Of a stretch of 64,000 bases of DNA, positions 1 through 11,387 are shown piece by piece. Source of the stretch: a virus (lineage: Duplodnaviria > Caudoviricetes); IMG/VR virus record IMGVR_UViG_2627853766_000003. One strand, given 5' to 3'. Below the pieces are notes generated by a model that worked only from the letters and a program-made list of their open reading frames with translations, was not told the origin of the DNA and ran no database searches. Every line of letters starts with the position of its first letter. The first letter of the stretch is position 1. The position numbers and the translations under genes are program-made.

Positions 1-3000
1 ATGAACAAGCTTTCCTACCGCGTCATTTTCAATAAGAACCGGGGCATGTTGATGGCCGTAGCGGAGGACGTAGCGAGTCAGGGTAAAAGCGCAGGCAGCC
101 AATCCGGTAGCGCGGCGACGACAACCTCGCCGCTGATGCGCCTGGCGTATCTGGGCGTGGCCGTTGCCGCACTCTTCGGCGGCGTCTCCGTTGTCTCGGC
201 CCAGATTGTCGCCGACCCGAATGCCGGTTCGCGCCGTCCGACGGTAACAAGTACCGCTAATGGAATTCCGCTCGTCAACATTGTCGCGCCTTCCGCTTCA
301 GGGCTGAGCCATAATCAGTACACAACCTTTGGGGTCGGGAGCCAAGGAGCGATTCTCAATAACTCCTCTACAGTCGTTTCCACTCAGCAAGCAGGTTTCG
401 TGGCTGGCAATCCCAATTTGGGAAATGGCCCCGCAAAAATTATTCTCAACGAGGTGACGGGAACCGGCATCAGTCAGTTGAACGGTTATCTGGAAGTCGC
501 CGGGCAGAGGGCTCAGGTCATTATTGCCAATCCGAACGGAATCCTGGTGGGCGGAACCAATGGCGCGGGCTTCATTAATACCAGCCGGGCAGTGCTGACC
601 ACTGGGACGCCAGTCTTCGGCGGCGACGGTAGCTTGAACGCGTTTCGTGTCACTGGCGGTAATATCCAGATCGGCAGCGCTGGCCTTAACGCCAGCAACG
701 TAGATCAGTTAGATTTAATTTCCAGAAGCGTTGCGGTTAACGGTCAGCTATGGGCCAACAACCTGAATGCCATCACTGGAACAAATCAGGTTAATTATGG
801 CGACCTCGGGGTAACCGTCATCCAGGGCGACAATAACAAGCCGACCGTGAGCATTGATCTTGCCGCTCTCGGATCAATGTATGCCAATAAAATTAAGCTG
901 GTCGGCACCGAAGCCGGCGTTGGGGTTGCCTCTTACGGCACCATGGCAGCGCAATCCGGTGACCTCAACATCGACAGTTCGGGCAAAGTGACTCTCGGTG
1001 GGAGCACCACGGCAACGGGCCTGCTACGCGTTGTCGGCAACGATGGCGTGACCAACACCGGCACTACCTACGGCCAGCAGGCGGTGAGCATCTATAGCGC
1101 TGGCCAGATCGCCAACAGTGGTACGGTCGCCAGTCAAAGCGATGTGACGTTGTTCGGTGGTAGCGTCGCTTCAACCGGTGCGGTCGGCGCTGGCGTCAAT
1201 GCCAACGGCCAGGTCACGCAAGGCGGTAATGTGAATCTGGTGGCATCGGGCGCTATTGTTGCCACCGGCCAGAATACCGCTGGTAGCAACATTGCCGCGA
1301 ACGGCGCAAGCATCGATCTATCGCACTCGCAGACGAACGCTGCCGGCAGCATCGGCCTGGCGACGCACAGCGGCGATGTCAATCTTGCAGGGAGCACGCT
1401 GCAAGCTACCGGCCCAATGAACATCAATGCAGCAGGCGCTGTCATCAATGACCAGGGCAAAATCAACGTGTCGCAGTTGACCAGCACCTCGGCCAGCTTA
1501 TCGAACGTCGGCGGCACGATCACCCAATCGGGCAGCGGTGATGCCAGTATCACGACGACCGGTGCCATCAACAACAATGGTGGGAATTTGACCACCAATG
1601 CGCAGAACTTGACGATCCAGTCGGCAAGTCTGAACAACGCGGGAGGCCAAATTAATCATGCCGGCTCCGGTACGGCGACGATCCAGAGCGGAGCCATCAG
1701 CAACGCGCAAGGTGTTATCGGTACCAATGGCCAGCTTGCCTTGACGGCTGCCAGCTTGAATAATCAGGCAGGTCGCCTTACATCAGGAGGAGCGGCTAAC
1801 GTCCATGTGACCGGCGACGTGACGAATGCGCAGGGCGTTATGCAGTCGGGCGGCGCATTGTCTCTGACCGGCAACAATATCGATAACTCCGCCGGTAGCA
1901 TAACTTCCTTGAATGCCGACGGCTTGTCAATCAGTGCAGCGGGTCAGCTCACGAATGGGGCGGCAGGTGCCATTGGCGGCAATGGTGACGCTAGTATTTC
2001 AGCGGGTTCACTGGTCAACAGTGGCAAGATCACTGCGAGCAATAACCTGACCAGCACAGTCGCTGGCAGCGACGACAACAGCAACGGCCTGCTGGCCGCC
2101 GGCAAGAATTTGAACGCCAGTACTACCAGTCTCAAGAATGTGAACGGCACGATTGACGCCACCAACGTGGCATTGAGCATTGCGCAGTTAGATAACAGCA
2201 GCGGTAAAATTACCGCCGACCAGCTTGCGATCACCAGCACCAATTTGACCAATGAACATGGTCAAATCAGTCAATTCGGCAGCAACGCGACGACCATCGC
2301 CGTTGCCGGCACCTTGGATAACAGCAACGGCGGCGCGCTGCAAACCAACGGCACCGATCTGAAAATTACAGCGGGGGCCATTCAGAATAACAGCGGCACG
2401 ATTGCCCATGCCGGCACCGGGACGCTGACGATCAATGATGCAGGAGCGTTGTCCGACCAAAACGGTGTCATCGGCACCAACGGCCAACTGGCTTTGACTG
2501 CCAACAGCTTGAATAATCAAGCCGGCAGCATCACGGCAAAGAATCAGGCGAACGTGCATGTCACCAACGATATCGCCAACGCGCAAGGAACGATTCAATC
2601 GGGCGGCGCATTAGCGGTCTCCGGGGCGAACATCGATAATACAGCCGGGAACATCACGTCATTGAATGCCGATGGCTTGACCCTCAATGCAGCCGGCCAG
2701 CTCACGAACGCCAATGCCGGTGTCATCGGTGGCAACGGCGACGTGGCAGTCACTGCAGCGAACGCCATCAATAGCGGCAAGATCACCGCCACGCACAATC
2801 TCACAACGACAATTGCCAACAGTTTCGATAACAGCGGCGGTCGTCTTGCCGCTGGTAATAATTTGACCGCAAGTGCGGTGTCCTTGAAGAACGCCAACGG
2901 CGCAGTAGATGCCGCCAACGTCGCACTGACAGCGCAGCAACTCGATAACAGTAGCGGCAAAATTACGGCAGATCAATTAAGCATCGCCAGCAGCAATTTG

Positions 3001-6000
3001 ACCAACGAGCACGGCCAAATCATCCAGTACGGCAGCAATCCGACCCAGATTGGCGTTACAGGCACGCTCGACAACAGCAATGGTGGCCTGATCCAGACCA
3101 ACAGCGCCGACTTGTCATTGACGCCGCAAGTGTTGAACAATAACGGCGGCACAATAGCCTTGGCTGGTAGCGGCACCTTGACCGTGAACGTCGGGAACGG
3201 CGCAGGTACTCTGTCGAATGCCGGCGGCACACTGGGCAGCAATGGGCAAGCGGCCATCACTGCTGCATCGATTGCTAACCAGGGCGGCGCATTGTTCGCC
3301 CAGCAGCAGCTTGGTGTGACAGCCACGCAAGGCGGTGTCGACAATAGCGCAGGCGGGTACATCGGCGGCAGCAGCCTGAACCTGAACGCCGCGAACGGTC
3401 AAATCAACAATACAAACGGCAAGATCGAAGGAACGCAGCAAGCCGTCAATGTCAGCGCCCAAAGTTTGAATAACGCTGGCGGCACGGTACAAAGTATCGG
3501 CGCAGCACCGTTGAATGTCTCCATTGCCCAAGCCATCAGCAATACCGTGGCGAACGGTATCGGCGGCTTCATTGGTGGTAGCGGTACAGTGAATCTGAAC
3601 GCTGGTTCGTTCGATAATAGCGGCGGCACTGTCTACAGCAAAGACAACCTGGCGCTGCAATCGAACAGTACCCTAACCAACACCAATGGCGTAATTCAGG
3701 GCGCGGCGAATGTCAGCACCAGTGCTGCCGGCGCGTTGAGTAACGCCAATGGCCGCATCGAAGCCAACGGCAGCACGGCAACCTTGACGGTCTCCGGCAA
3801 TGGCATCGACAATTCGACAGGTCGCATTGCCAATACCGGCACCGGCCTGACCCAGATCAACGGCGGTAGCCAGGTCACGAATCATCAAGGAACTATCGGC
3901 GGCAACGGGGAGGTCGATATCAATGCGTCTAATCTGGACAACAGCCAGCAAGGACAAATCATTGCTGCCGGCAATCTGATGTTGAATACTGGCGGCATCG
4001 TCAACAATAACGCCGGTGCACTCTATTCGGCGCAAAACCTTCAACTGAATCAGGGTGGCGCTGCGCTGACGAACGTCGGTGGTACGGTTGGCGCAGCCGG
4101 TAATATCAATCTGAATGTCGCCAGTATCGACAATATATTCGGACTCATCGGTAGCACCACCGGCGCTGGCGGCGATATCGGTATTGCCACTGGCAGTTTT
4201 ACTAACGCGGCCGGTACGGTCGCCAGCGGCCACGATCTGAGTTTGACCGCCCCGACCATCGTCGGCAACGGCGTTGTCGTGGCCGGACATGATGGCACTA
4301 TCAATCTACAAGGCGACTACACGAATACGGCAGGCAATGTTCTGACGGCCAATAACAACTTGACCTTGAACACGACCGGCAATTTGACCAATACTGGCAC
4401 TCTAACTGCGGTCAACGGTTTAACGCTGAATGCGGCCAACGTCGACAATCAATCCACCGGTCTGATCAATGCCAGCGCCACGACGATTCAGGCTGGCAAT
4501 GCGATTACCAATACGGGTCGTATCTACGGCGACGATATTGCTCTTGGCGCGCAAACGCTGACCAATGATGTCGATCCGGTTAGCGGCCAGGCTGGTGCGA
4601 TTGCGGCCCGTAACAGTATCAATATCGGTGCAGTCACTACCGTCAATCGTGAGAACGCCATTATCCAGAGCTTGGGCGATATGACCTTTGCCCGCTCGCT
4701 CGATGCCAATCATCTGGCCGTTGGCACTTCCGACAGCATCACCAATAGCTCGGCGACCATCGATGCCGGCGGCAATCTGGTATTCCAGACGGCGCAACTG
4801 AACAACACCAACGCGCACTTTACAACGGCCCAGCAGGTCGATCCTACCCAGACCACGCAAGTTACCCAATATGCAGAATGGGCTGCTCCGACGACGTGGT
4901 ATAACCCGAATCAAGTGACCTGGGGCGATAGCGGCAACGGCGGGATTGTACTGATTATCCCGGATGGCAACCGTTTCGAGCAGTTCTATAAAAAGGACTA
5001 TACGCAAACCGTCTCGAACACGGTGGTGACTTCCAGCGCTCCAGGCACGATCAGTTCCGGTAACGGTATGGTCCTGTCCGGGAATATCACCAACGATAAA
5101 AGTACCATTATTGCTGGCGGCACTTTGTCGGGCACAACAGGTAACATCAACAATATTGGCGCGACGGGTACAACCGATACGGTCGACCACATGACCGCCG
5201 GACAGAATTACTATCACTGGGTCAGCGGTCACCCGCACCAAAATTACTATACCTATGACAACAATGGTGCAGCTTACGATGTCACGTTGCCCTCGACGCC
5301 GCTGGCCTTGCAGGTCTGGAGCGTGCAACAGAACACCGCACCGAATAGCAGCACCAACCCAGCTCTCGGCCAAGGCGTAGGCTCTTCTGCTGTACCGAGC
5401 GTCGGCGGCCTCAGTTTGGCGGCGAATCAGGGAACGCAAACGGTCTCGGGCGCGAACGGTCACGGCATCGCTGCTGTGGGCGGCATTATAGGCTCAGGCA
5501 CAGGTATCGGCGGCAGTGGTCATACCGTTGCCACAACGGGAGGCACAGCTGGCGGCGGCACCAGTACCGCCGGCAGCAACCAGACCATTGGCAGCGCAGG
5601 CAATCCGTTGCCGAATCTGGCCTTGCCGAACAACCATCTGTTCACGATTCAAACCAGCCCCGGCCAGCAATACCTGGTTGCCACCGATCCGGTATTTACC
5701 AATTATGGTAGTTTCCTCTCAAGCAACTATATGTTGAATCTGTTGGGGATCAATCCGGCAACGACAGAAAAGCGCTTAGGCGACGGCTTCTACGAAGAAA
5801 AATTAGTCACCGATCAGGTGATGCAGTTGACCGGCAAACGTTTCCTGGGCGGCTACGCCAGCAATGAAGACGAATTCAAGGCGCTGATGGACTCCGGCGT
5901 TGCAAGCGCCAAGCAGTTCAATATGGTGCCCGGCATGGCCTTGAGCGATGCGCAGATGGCTGCGCTGACTTCCGATATCGTCTGGATGGTCAATCAAACG

Positions 6001-9000
6001 GTGACGCTGCCGGATGGTACGCAGACGCAGGTATTAGCGCCAGTCGTTTATCTGGCCCGCGCGGATGCTAGCGATTTAAAACCGACCGGTGCGTTGATTT
6101 CCGGACAGAATATCGATTTGAAGATCAACGGCACCCTGGCAAACGGCGGTACGCTGCAAGCGTCCAACAATATGATCGTTCAGGCCACGGATATCACCAA
6201 TACCGGTAACATCCGTAATACAGGTACCGATGGTACGACCGTGCTGGTCGCACAGAACGATATTTTGAACAATGGCGGCAGCATTTCGGGTCATCGTGTC
6301 GGCATTCTCGCTGGGCGTGATGTCACCTTGGCGACCGATACGGTATCGGCGTCTAGTAGGCAGGGTACGAATATCGGCCTGAGTACTGTCGCCAGCGTCA
6401 CCGCTGATCAACTCTCCATTTCTGCGGGGAGGGATTTGACGGTGCAGGCGGCACAGATCAACACTACCGGCGATGCGCAACTGTCGGCGGGACGCGATTT
6501 GAATCTGACGGCGGTCAATACGCAACGCAGCTATAACGTCACCTACAACGGTGACAATCATCTGTACGAAAACCAGACGCAGGTGAATGGCGCCGCCATC
6601 AATGCTGGTGGCAACCTGACGATGACATCAGGTCGTGACCTGACCACCAGCGCGGCCAACGTCAATGCTGTTGGTCAACTGACGGCAGTGGCTGTACGCG
6701 ATGTTAATCTCGGTACGGCGCAACAAGGTAGCAGTCTCGATCAGGCAATTTACACGACGTCGCATGGCTTCCTGTCGTCGTCCTCCAGCCGTATACAGAG
6801 CAACGCCAGCGCCACGAGCGCCATCGGCAGTACCTTGTCGGGCGACAGCGTAAGTGTGCAGGCTGGCCGGGATATCAATGTCGCCGGCAGCAATGTGATC
6901 GGAACAAACGATGTTTCACTGAACGCCGCCAATAACGTCTCTGTCACCGCGTCGCAGAACACCAGCAACAGTAGCTTTAGCCGCGACGAAAAGAAATCCG
7001 GTTTCACAGGCGGTTTCTCTGCCGGCGTCGCTAGCATCGGCTATGGCAAATCCAGTGCCGACAGTCAAAGTAGTATGGAGACGGTGACCCAGCAGAGTTC
7101 GAGCATTGCCTCGATCAATGGCAATACACAGATTCAGGCTGGGAATAAACTGAATGTGGTGGCTTCGGATATCAGCGCCGGCCAGAACCTGACGCTGATC
7201 GGTAAAAGCGTCGATCTCAGCGCAGCACAAAACACGAGCGTGGAACATGGTGCACAACAATCCAGCTCTAGTGGTTTCTCGGTGGGGGTGACGTACAACC
7301 CTGCCGGAGCGTTTAAGAGCGCCTATCAGCAAAGCGCCAGCAGCAACCCTAGTACCAGCTTACTGGGTAAAGCCACCAAGATGGGCGATGCGATTGGAGA
7401 CGGTACGCTGGCAGCTATTACCCCCATCGTGGTGCAAGCCGGTTCGCGTAGCGCTAGCGGCACTCAGGATCTTGCGACCAGCAATGCCCAGGTCAGCTCA
7501 CTTACGGCGGGTAATAATTTGACGGTGCTGGCCACAGGCGGCAGCATCACCAGCCAGGGCGCAAGTATGAGCGCAGGCGGTGACGCGTTGCTGCTTGCCC
7601 AAAACAACATTAATCTGGATGTGGCGCACAGCTACCAGACCCAGGGACAAACCAGTGCATCCAAAGGTTGGAGCACGGATAACCGCGGCAGTATGCCGGC
7701 AGGCGCATTTAACAGTAAAGGCAATGGTAACGGCAGCACCGACACCATCAGCGGCACGACCCTCTCGGCTGGCGGTAAGGCTACCCTGGCGACAACCAAT
7801 GGCGATATCACTCTGACGGCCGCCAATCTGGTCGCTAACAACGACTTGAGCATCAATGCTGCCAAGAATCTGACCATCCAAAGCGGACAGAATACGCTCA
7901 CCAACGCCAACCAGAGTAACAGCCAGGCCGTCGGTAAAGTGGTGATTTCCGATACGGAGCGCTTTGCAGGCTATAGCTCAGATAAAAGCCAGGATAACAA
8001 CACCGCCGTCACCCAGGTGGCGTCCAATGTCGGCAGCTTGCAAGGCAATGTCAACCTGACTGCCGGAGGCGCCTACACGCAGACCGCCAGCAACGTGCTG
8101 GCAAAGAACGATATCAACATTATTGGCAAGTCCATCGACATCAACACGGCCAACAACACCGGTAGCAGTGCCCAAAGTAGTTCTGACCTGAAGGTGGGAG
8201 CCTTTGCGACCGTGACTTCGCCGTTGATCGATCTTGGCAACAATATCGAGAATGCGAAGAAATCCGATGGTCGCCTGCAAGCCCTGCAAGGTCTGGCGGC
8301 GACATCGAATGCGTATCAAGTTGCTAGTGCCGCCAGTGCTGTCGCGGGTGGGGTGGGAAGCGGCGAGTTGCTGAAAGCCGAAGTCGGCGTCGGTTTCACG
8401 ACGGCCAATAGCCAGGATCGCAGCAATTACAGTCAGGCCCAGGGCAGCACGATTCAAGGCGGTAGGAATGTCAATCTCACCAGTACTGCGGGCGATATTC
8501 ACGCCACTGGCGCGACGATCGCCGCCGGCAATACGCCAGGCAGCACCTTGACGCTCGATTCAGCCCAGAACATCCTGCTCGATGCCGGACAAAGTACAGT
8601 GACCAGCAGCGGCAGCAACCACAGTGCCGGAGTACAAGTCGGCGTGGGGTATGAGGTAGGCGCGCAAACCGGAGCGTATGCCTTTGCCAGCGCCAACGTA
8701 GGCAATGGGAACTACAACAATACCGCAACGACCAATAGCAACACGCATTTAAGCGGCGACACCGTCACTTTGAAATCCAAGGGCGACACGACTTTACAAG
8801 GTGCCGATGTCAACGCCAATACGATTAATGCGGATGTTGCCGGCAAGTTGGCGATCACATCGGTGCAAGACACCAGCGTCCAGCATAATGAACAAAGCAA
8901 TATCGGTGGGCGGGTGCAGGTCTCCTTTGGCACGGCGTGGGAGGCATCGGGCAGCTTGTCGCAATCGAACGCCAATGGCAGTAGTCAGACTGTTAATCAA

Positions 9001-11064
9001 CAGTCGGGGCTGTTTGCCGGTAACGGTGGCTATCACGTCACCGCCGATTCGGTTGCCCTGAAGGGCGGTGCAATTACCAGCACCAATGCGGCCAATTCCG
9101 ATCTGACAGCCAATTCTCTCACGGTGCAAAACATCACCAACCAGATGAATTACTCGGCAAACACGGCGAGTGTGTCAGGTAGCTATGGCGGTAGCCTGAA
9201 TCAAGGTGCTGCTCCGGATCAAACGAGTACTGGCACCCCCAGTCCCAACGTTATCCCTGGGGTGGTGGTGCAGAACAAGGGTAACGCCACATCCACTACG
9301 TATGGCACGCTCACTGATGGCAACATCAATGTGGGCGGCCAGCACATGACTAGTGCCGCCGGGTTGGGAGCACACACCGATCTGGCGACGGCCAATGGTG
9401 CCATCGCGGCTTTGCCCAATCTGCAGAATGTGATGAGCAATCAACAGGCGATAGCAACTGCGGCCAACACGGTGATCAGCACTAGCCTGCAAATAGCTGG
9501 CGATAGACGCCAGGGAGCAGGACAGCAAGTCGCTCAAGCACAAGGGGACGTCAACACCGCCAATGCAAATATAGCGCAGGCACAAGCGGTTCTTGACAAT
9601 CCGAGCAGCACGGACGCACAAAAGGCGCAAGCTCAGCAAAACCTCGATCTTGCCACGCAAAATCTGAATAGCGCCCAGCAAGCTGTCAGCAACGCAGAAA
9701 CGACGGCCAAAAACTGGGGACCGACAGGCGATTACACGCGTGCCTTGAACATTGTGACCGGATTATTGACCGGCGGTCTTGCCGGTCAGAGTGTGGGGCA
9801 GCTTGCCGCCAATGCCAGCGCTCCGTCTGCGGCGCAGGCCATCGGCGACTATTTCGCGCAACCGGGTAACGCCAATCAGACGGAGCAAGTATTGACGCAT
9901 GCCGTGCTTGGTGCTGTTCTCGCTGTGGCGAATGGTAGCAGTGCAGCAGTTGGCGCTAGTGCGGGTGCATCGGGTGAGTTGGCAGCGCAAGTGTTGACTC
10001 GTGAGCTATATCCGAATGCGTATGATGCCAATGGTAATTTCCACCCCGAGCAGCTCAGTGCTGATCAGCTCAATAACGTGATTGCCTTGTCGACTGCAGT
10101 GGGCGCACTAGTGGGAGGGGCAACAGGTGGCTCGTTGATGGATGCCAGCGTAGGTGGGAATATTGCGGCGAATGCGGCGACGAACAATCACTTACTGCAT
10201 CAAACTCAATATGATTTGGCTAAAACATATGCAAGCTTAGTTGCTAAGAAACTCGGTATCTCCGTCGATGCGGCGGAAGGTCGAATTGTGGCTGAAGAAC
10301 TGCGTAACTCAGATGCACAGACTGCCCAGGCTGAAGGAGGTATTCACGACTACCAAGTGAGGTCAATTCTCGGATGTCAACTGTTGAACTGCAGTGGGTC
10401 AACAACCGATTTTAATTACCTGAATCATGGATTCAATTCGCAATACGTCGCGGCCAATCAGCAGGCATATACTCTTGGAATTTGGCAATCTACTACGGGG
10501 CAGACTTACGATCAACTTGTTACGAGTAATATCCAAAAAGACCCTGTAGGTGCCACGTTAGCTGGCGCTGGTATGCTTGGACTGGGACTTGCAACGGCGG
10601 GAGGAATTCCTGCATTGGGCGGTATGGTGACAGGTGGGGTACTTGGTGGGACTGCAAATGCATCTATGCAAGCATTATTTAATAAAGGTCAAGTTAATTT
10701 TCTCGACGTGGGTATGGGTACTTTGACCGGTGCGCTCACATTCGGAACGGGGTTAGTACCAGCCCTTCTAGTTAACACCGGAGGGGCCTTAGCTGGGTCC
10801 GGAATTAAAGGAGAAAATCCAAATCTCAGCATGGGTGGGGCGGCATTAGGGACAACCATCGGTTACGGCTTAGGCACTCTAGCAGAAAAGGGTTTGAATA
10901 CTGTATTAAATCCTTGGTATCGTCAACAATGGCAAGATTTAGGGTATGGAGTATCTACTGCCATTCCGAAAAATTCTATTCCATCAGTATCGGGAAGTGC
11001 TGTAGGTGCAGTACTACAGGAGCTAACAGGTAATACAACAAATACTGTTGTAAACAAAAAATAA
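1..11064 (+). CDS. cdiA: CdiA-like filamentous haemagglutinin / TpsA exoprotein with C-terminal toxin domain
   Basis: ESPR-type N-terminus (MNKLSYRVIFNKNRGMLMAVAE), TPS motifs (NPNL, IIANPNGI), long FHA-type beta-helix repeats, RLGDGFYEEKLV block, pre-toxin region ending in VENN-like AATNN, then a variable low-GC C-terminus. CdiB/TpsB is not in the window. Confidence 0.92.
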   Translation: MNKLSYRVIFNKNRGMLMAVAEDVASQGKSAGSQSGSAATTTSPLMRLAYLGVAVAALFGGVSVVSAQIVADPNAGSRRPTVTSTANGIPLVNIVAPSASGLSHNQYTTFGVGSQGAILNNSSTVVSTQQAGFVAGNPNLGNGPAKIILNEVTGTGISQLNGYLEVAGQRAQVIIANPNGILVGGTNGAGFINTSRAVLTTGTPVFGGDGSLNAFRVTGGNIQIGSAGLNASNVDQLDLISRSVAVNGQLWANNLNAITGTNQVNYGDLGVTVIQGDNNKPTVSIDLAALGSMYANKIKLVGTEAGVGVASYGTMAAQSGDLNIDSSGKVTLGGSTTATGLLRVVGNDGVTNTGTTYGQQAVSIYSAGQIANSGTVASQSDVTLFGGSVASTGAVGAGVNANGQVTQGGNVNLVASGAIVATGQNTAGSNIAANGASIDLSHSQTNAAGSIGLATHSGDVNLAGSTLQATGPMNINAAGAVINDQGKINVSQLTSTSASLSNVGGTITQSGSGDASITTTGAINNNGGNLTTNAQNLTIQSASLNNAGGQINHAGSGTATIQSGAISNAQGVIGTNGQLALTAASLNNQAGRLTSGGAANVHVTGDVTNAQGVMQSGGALSLTGNNIDNSAGSITSLNADGLSISAAGQLTNGAAGAIGGNGDASISAGSLVNSGKITASNNLTSTVAGSDDNSNGLLAAGKNLNASTTSLKNVNGTIDATNVALSIAQLDNSSGKITADQLAITSTNLTNEHGQISQFGSNATTIAVAGTLDNSNGGALQTNGTDLKITAGAIQNNSGTIAHAGTGTLTINDAGALSDQNGVIGTNGQLALTANSLNNQAGSITAKNQANVHVTNDIANAQGTIQSGGALAVSGANIDNTAGNITSLNADGLTLNAAGQLTNANAGVIGGNGDVAVTAANAINSGKITATHNLTTTIANSFDNSGGRLAAGNNLTASAVSLKNANGAVDAANVALTAQQLDNSSGKITADQLSIASSNLTNEHGQIIQYGSNPTQIGVTGTLDNSNGGLIQTNSADLSLTPQVLNNNGGTIALAGSGTLTVNVGNGAGTLSNAGGTLGSNGQAAITAASIANQGGALFAQQQLGVTATQGGVDNSAGGYIGGSSLNLNAANGQINNTNGKIEGTQQAVNVSAQSLNNAGGTVQSIGAAPLNVSIAQAISNTVANGIGGFIGGSGTVNLNAGSFDNSGGTVYSKDNLALQSNSTLTNTNGVIQGAANVSTSAAGALSNANGRIEANGSTATLTVSGNGIDNSTGRIANTGTGLTQINGGSQVTNHQGTIGGNGEVDINASNLDNSQQGQIIAAGNLMLNTGGIVNNNAGALYSAQNLQLNQGGAALTNVGGTVGAAGNINLNVASIDNIFGLIGSTTGAGGDIGIATGSFTNAAGTVASGHDLSLTAPTIVGNGVVVAGHDGTINLQGDYTNTAGNVLTANNNLTLNTTGNLTNTGTLTAVNGLTLNAANVDNQSTGLINASATTIQAGNAITNTGRIYGDDIALGAQTLTNDVDPVSGQAGAIAARNSINIGAVTTVNRENAIIQSLGDMTFARSLDANHLAVGTSDSITNSSATIDAGGNLVFQTAQLNNTNAHFTTAQQVDPTQTTQVTQYAEWAAPTTWYNPNQVTWGDSGNGGIVLIIPDGNRFEQFYKKDYTQTVSNTVVTSSAPGTISSGNGMVLSGNITNDKSTIIAGGTLSGTTGNINNIGATGTTDTVDHMTAGQNYYHWVSGHPHQNYYTYDNNGAAYDVTLPSTPLALQVWSVQQNTAPNSSTNPALGQGVGSSAVPSVGGLSLAANQGTQTVSGANGHGIAAVGGIIGSGTGIGGSGHTVATTGGTAGGGTSTAGSNQTIGSAGNPLPNLALPNNHLFTIQTSPGQQYLVATDPVFTNYGSFLSSNYMLNLLGINPATTEKRLGDGFYEEKLVTDQVMQLTGKRFLGGYASNEDEFKALMDSGVASAKQFNMVPGMALSDAQMAALTSDIVWMVNQTVTLPDGTQTQVLAPVVYLARADASDLKPTGALISGQNIDLKINGTLANGGTLQASNNMIVQATDITNTGNIRNTGTDGTTVLVAQNDILNNGGSISGHRVGILAGRDVTLATDTVSASSRQGTNIGLSTVASVTADQLSISAGRDLTVQAAQINTTGDAQLSAGRDLNLTAVNTQRSYNVTYNGDNHLYENQTQVNGAAINAGGNLTMTSGRDLTTSAANVNAVGQLTAVAVRDVNLGTAQQGSSLDQAIYTTSHGFLSSSSSRIQSNASATSAIGSTLSGDSVSVQAGRDINVAGSNVIGTNDVSLNAANNVSVTASQNTSNSSFSRDEKKSGFTGGFSAGVASIGYGKSSADSQSSMETVTQQSSSIASINGNTQIQAGNKLNVVASDISAGQNLTLIGKSVDLSAAQNTSVEHGAQQSSSSGFSVGVTYNPAGAFKSAYQQSASSNPSTSLLGKATKMGDAIGDGTLAAITPIVVQAGSRSASGTQDLATSNAQVSSLTAGNNLTVLATGGSITSQGASMSAGGDALLLAQNNINLDVAHSYQTQGQTSASKGWSTDNRGSMPAGAFNSKGNGNGSTDTISGTTLSAGGKATLATTNGDITLTAANLVANNDLSINAAKNLTIQSGQNTLTNANQSNSQAVGKVVISDTERFAGYSSDKSQDNNTAVTQVASNVGSLQGNVNLTAGGAYTQTASNVLAKNDINIIGKSIDINTANNTGSSAQSSSDLKVGAFATVTSPLIDLGNNIENAKKSDGRLQALQGLAATSNAYQVASAASAVAGGVGSGELLKAEVGVGFTTANSQDRSNYSQAQGSTIQGGRNVNLTSTAGDIHATGATIAAGNTPGSTLTLDSAQNILLDAGQSTVTSSGSNHSAGVQVGVGYEVGAQTGAYAFASANVGNGNYNNTATTNSNTHLSGDTVTLKSKGDTTLQGADVNANTINADVAGKLAITSVQDTSVQHNEQSNIGGRVQVSFGTAWEASGSLSQSNANGSSQTVNQQSGLFAGNGGYHVTADSVALKGGAITSTNAANSDLTANSLTVQNITNQMNYSANTASVSGSYGGSLNQGAAPDQTSTGTPSPNVIPGVVVQNKGNATSTTYGTLTDGNINVGGQHMTSAAGLGAHTDLATANGAIAALPNLQNVMSNQQAIATAANTVISTSLQIAGDRRQGAGQQVAQAQGDVNTANANIAQAQAVLDNPSSTDAQKAQAQQNLDLATQNLNSAQQAVSNAETTAKNWGPTGDYTRALNIVTGLLTGGLAGQSVGQLAANASAPSAAQAIGDYFAQPGNANQTEQVLTHAVLGAVLAVANGSSAAVGASAGASGELAAQVLTRELYPNAYDANGNFHPEQLSADQLNNVIALSTAVGALVGGATGGSLMDASVGGNIAANAATNNHLLHQTQYDLAKTYASLVAKKLGISVDAAEGRIVAEELRNSDAQTAQAEGGIHDYQVRSILGCQLLNCSGSTTDFNYLNHGFNSQYVAANQQAYTLGIWQSTTGQTYDQLVTSNIQKDPVGATLAGAGMLGLGLATAGGIPALGGMVTGGVLGGTANASMQALFNKGQVNFLDVGMGTLTGALTFGTGLVPALLVNTGGALAGSGIKGENPNLSMGGAALGTTIGYGLGTLAEKGLNTVLNPWYRQQWQDLGYGVSTAIPKNSIPSVSGSAVGAVLQELTGNTTNTVVNKK
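1711..3120 (+). repeat. Internal tandem duplication in cdiA, period 753 nt (251 aa)
   Basis: GVIGTNGQLALTA..LNNQAG starts at 1711 and again at 2464; ITSLNADGL, QLDNSSGKITADQL, NLTNEHGQI and GTLDNSNGG recur at the same offset. Confidence 0.85.
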
Positions 11065-11081
11065 AGTGGTGGAAATAAATA

Positions 11082-11330
11082 ATGTCGCAATTAAAACGAA
11101 ATATTGGATCTTTTTTATATATATTTTTGCTATTTTTCACAGTGTATTTTTTAGCGTTTGTATTTATTTTATTGTTGTACATACCATTTCTTCGTTGGAT
11201 AAAAACTGATGCTGTGTATGCGTTACCGGGCATATCTGAGCTATATCTATACGGAAAGGCTGTAGGTGTGCTGACATTAATATCTTCTATCGGATTGTGG
11301 TTCTATCAAAAAATATTATCGCGTCGTTAA
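11082..11330 (+). CDS. cdiI: Putative CdiI immunity protein, two transmembrane helices
   Basis: Immediately downstream of cdiA, very low GC, 82 aa with two hydrophobic segments, as expected for immunity to a membrane-acting CT. Confidence 0.7.
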   Translation: MSQLKRNIGSFLYIFLLFFTVYFLAFVFILLLYIPFLRWIKTDAVYALPGISELYLYGKAVGVLTLISSIGLWFYQKILSRR

Positions 11331-11387
11331 TGAATTAATTTCTTCATCAAGAGGAAAGTGACGTGGGAACGCTAAGGCTATGTAGGT

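Noticed and set aside
29-9990. Many 60-350 aa minus-strand ORFs inside cdiA
   Set aside because: Antisense shadows of a repetitive, codon-biased gene; no motifs or ribosome-binding sites.
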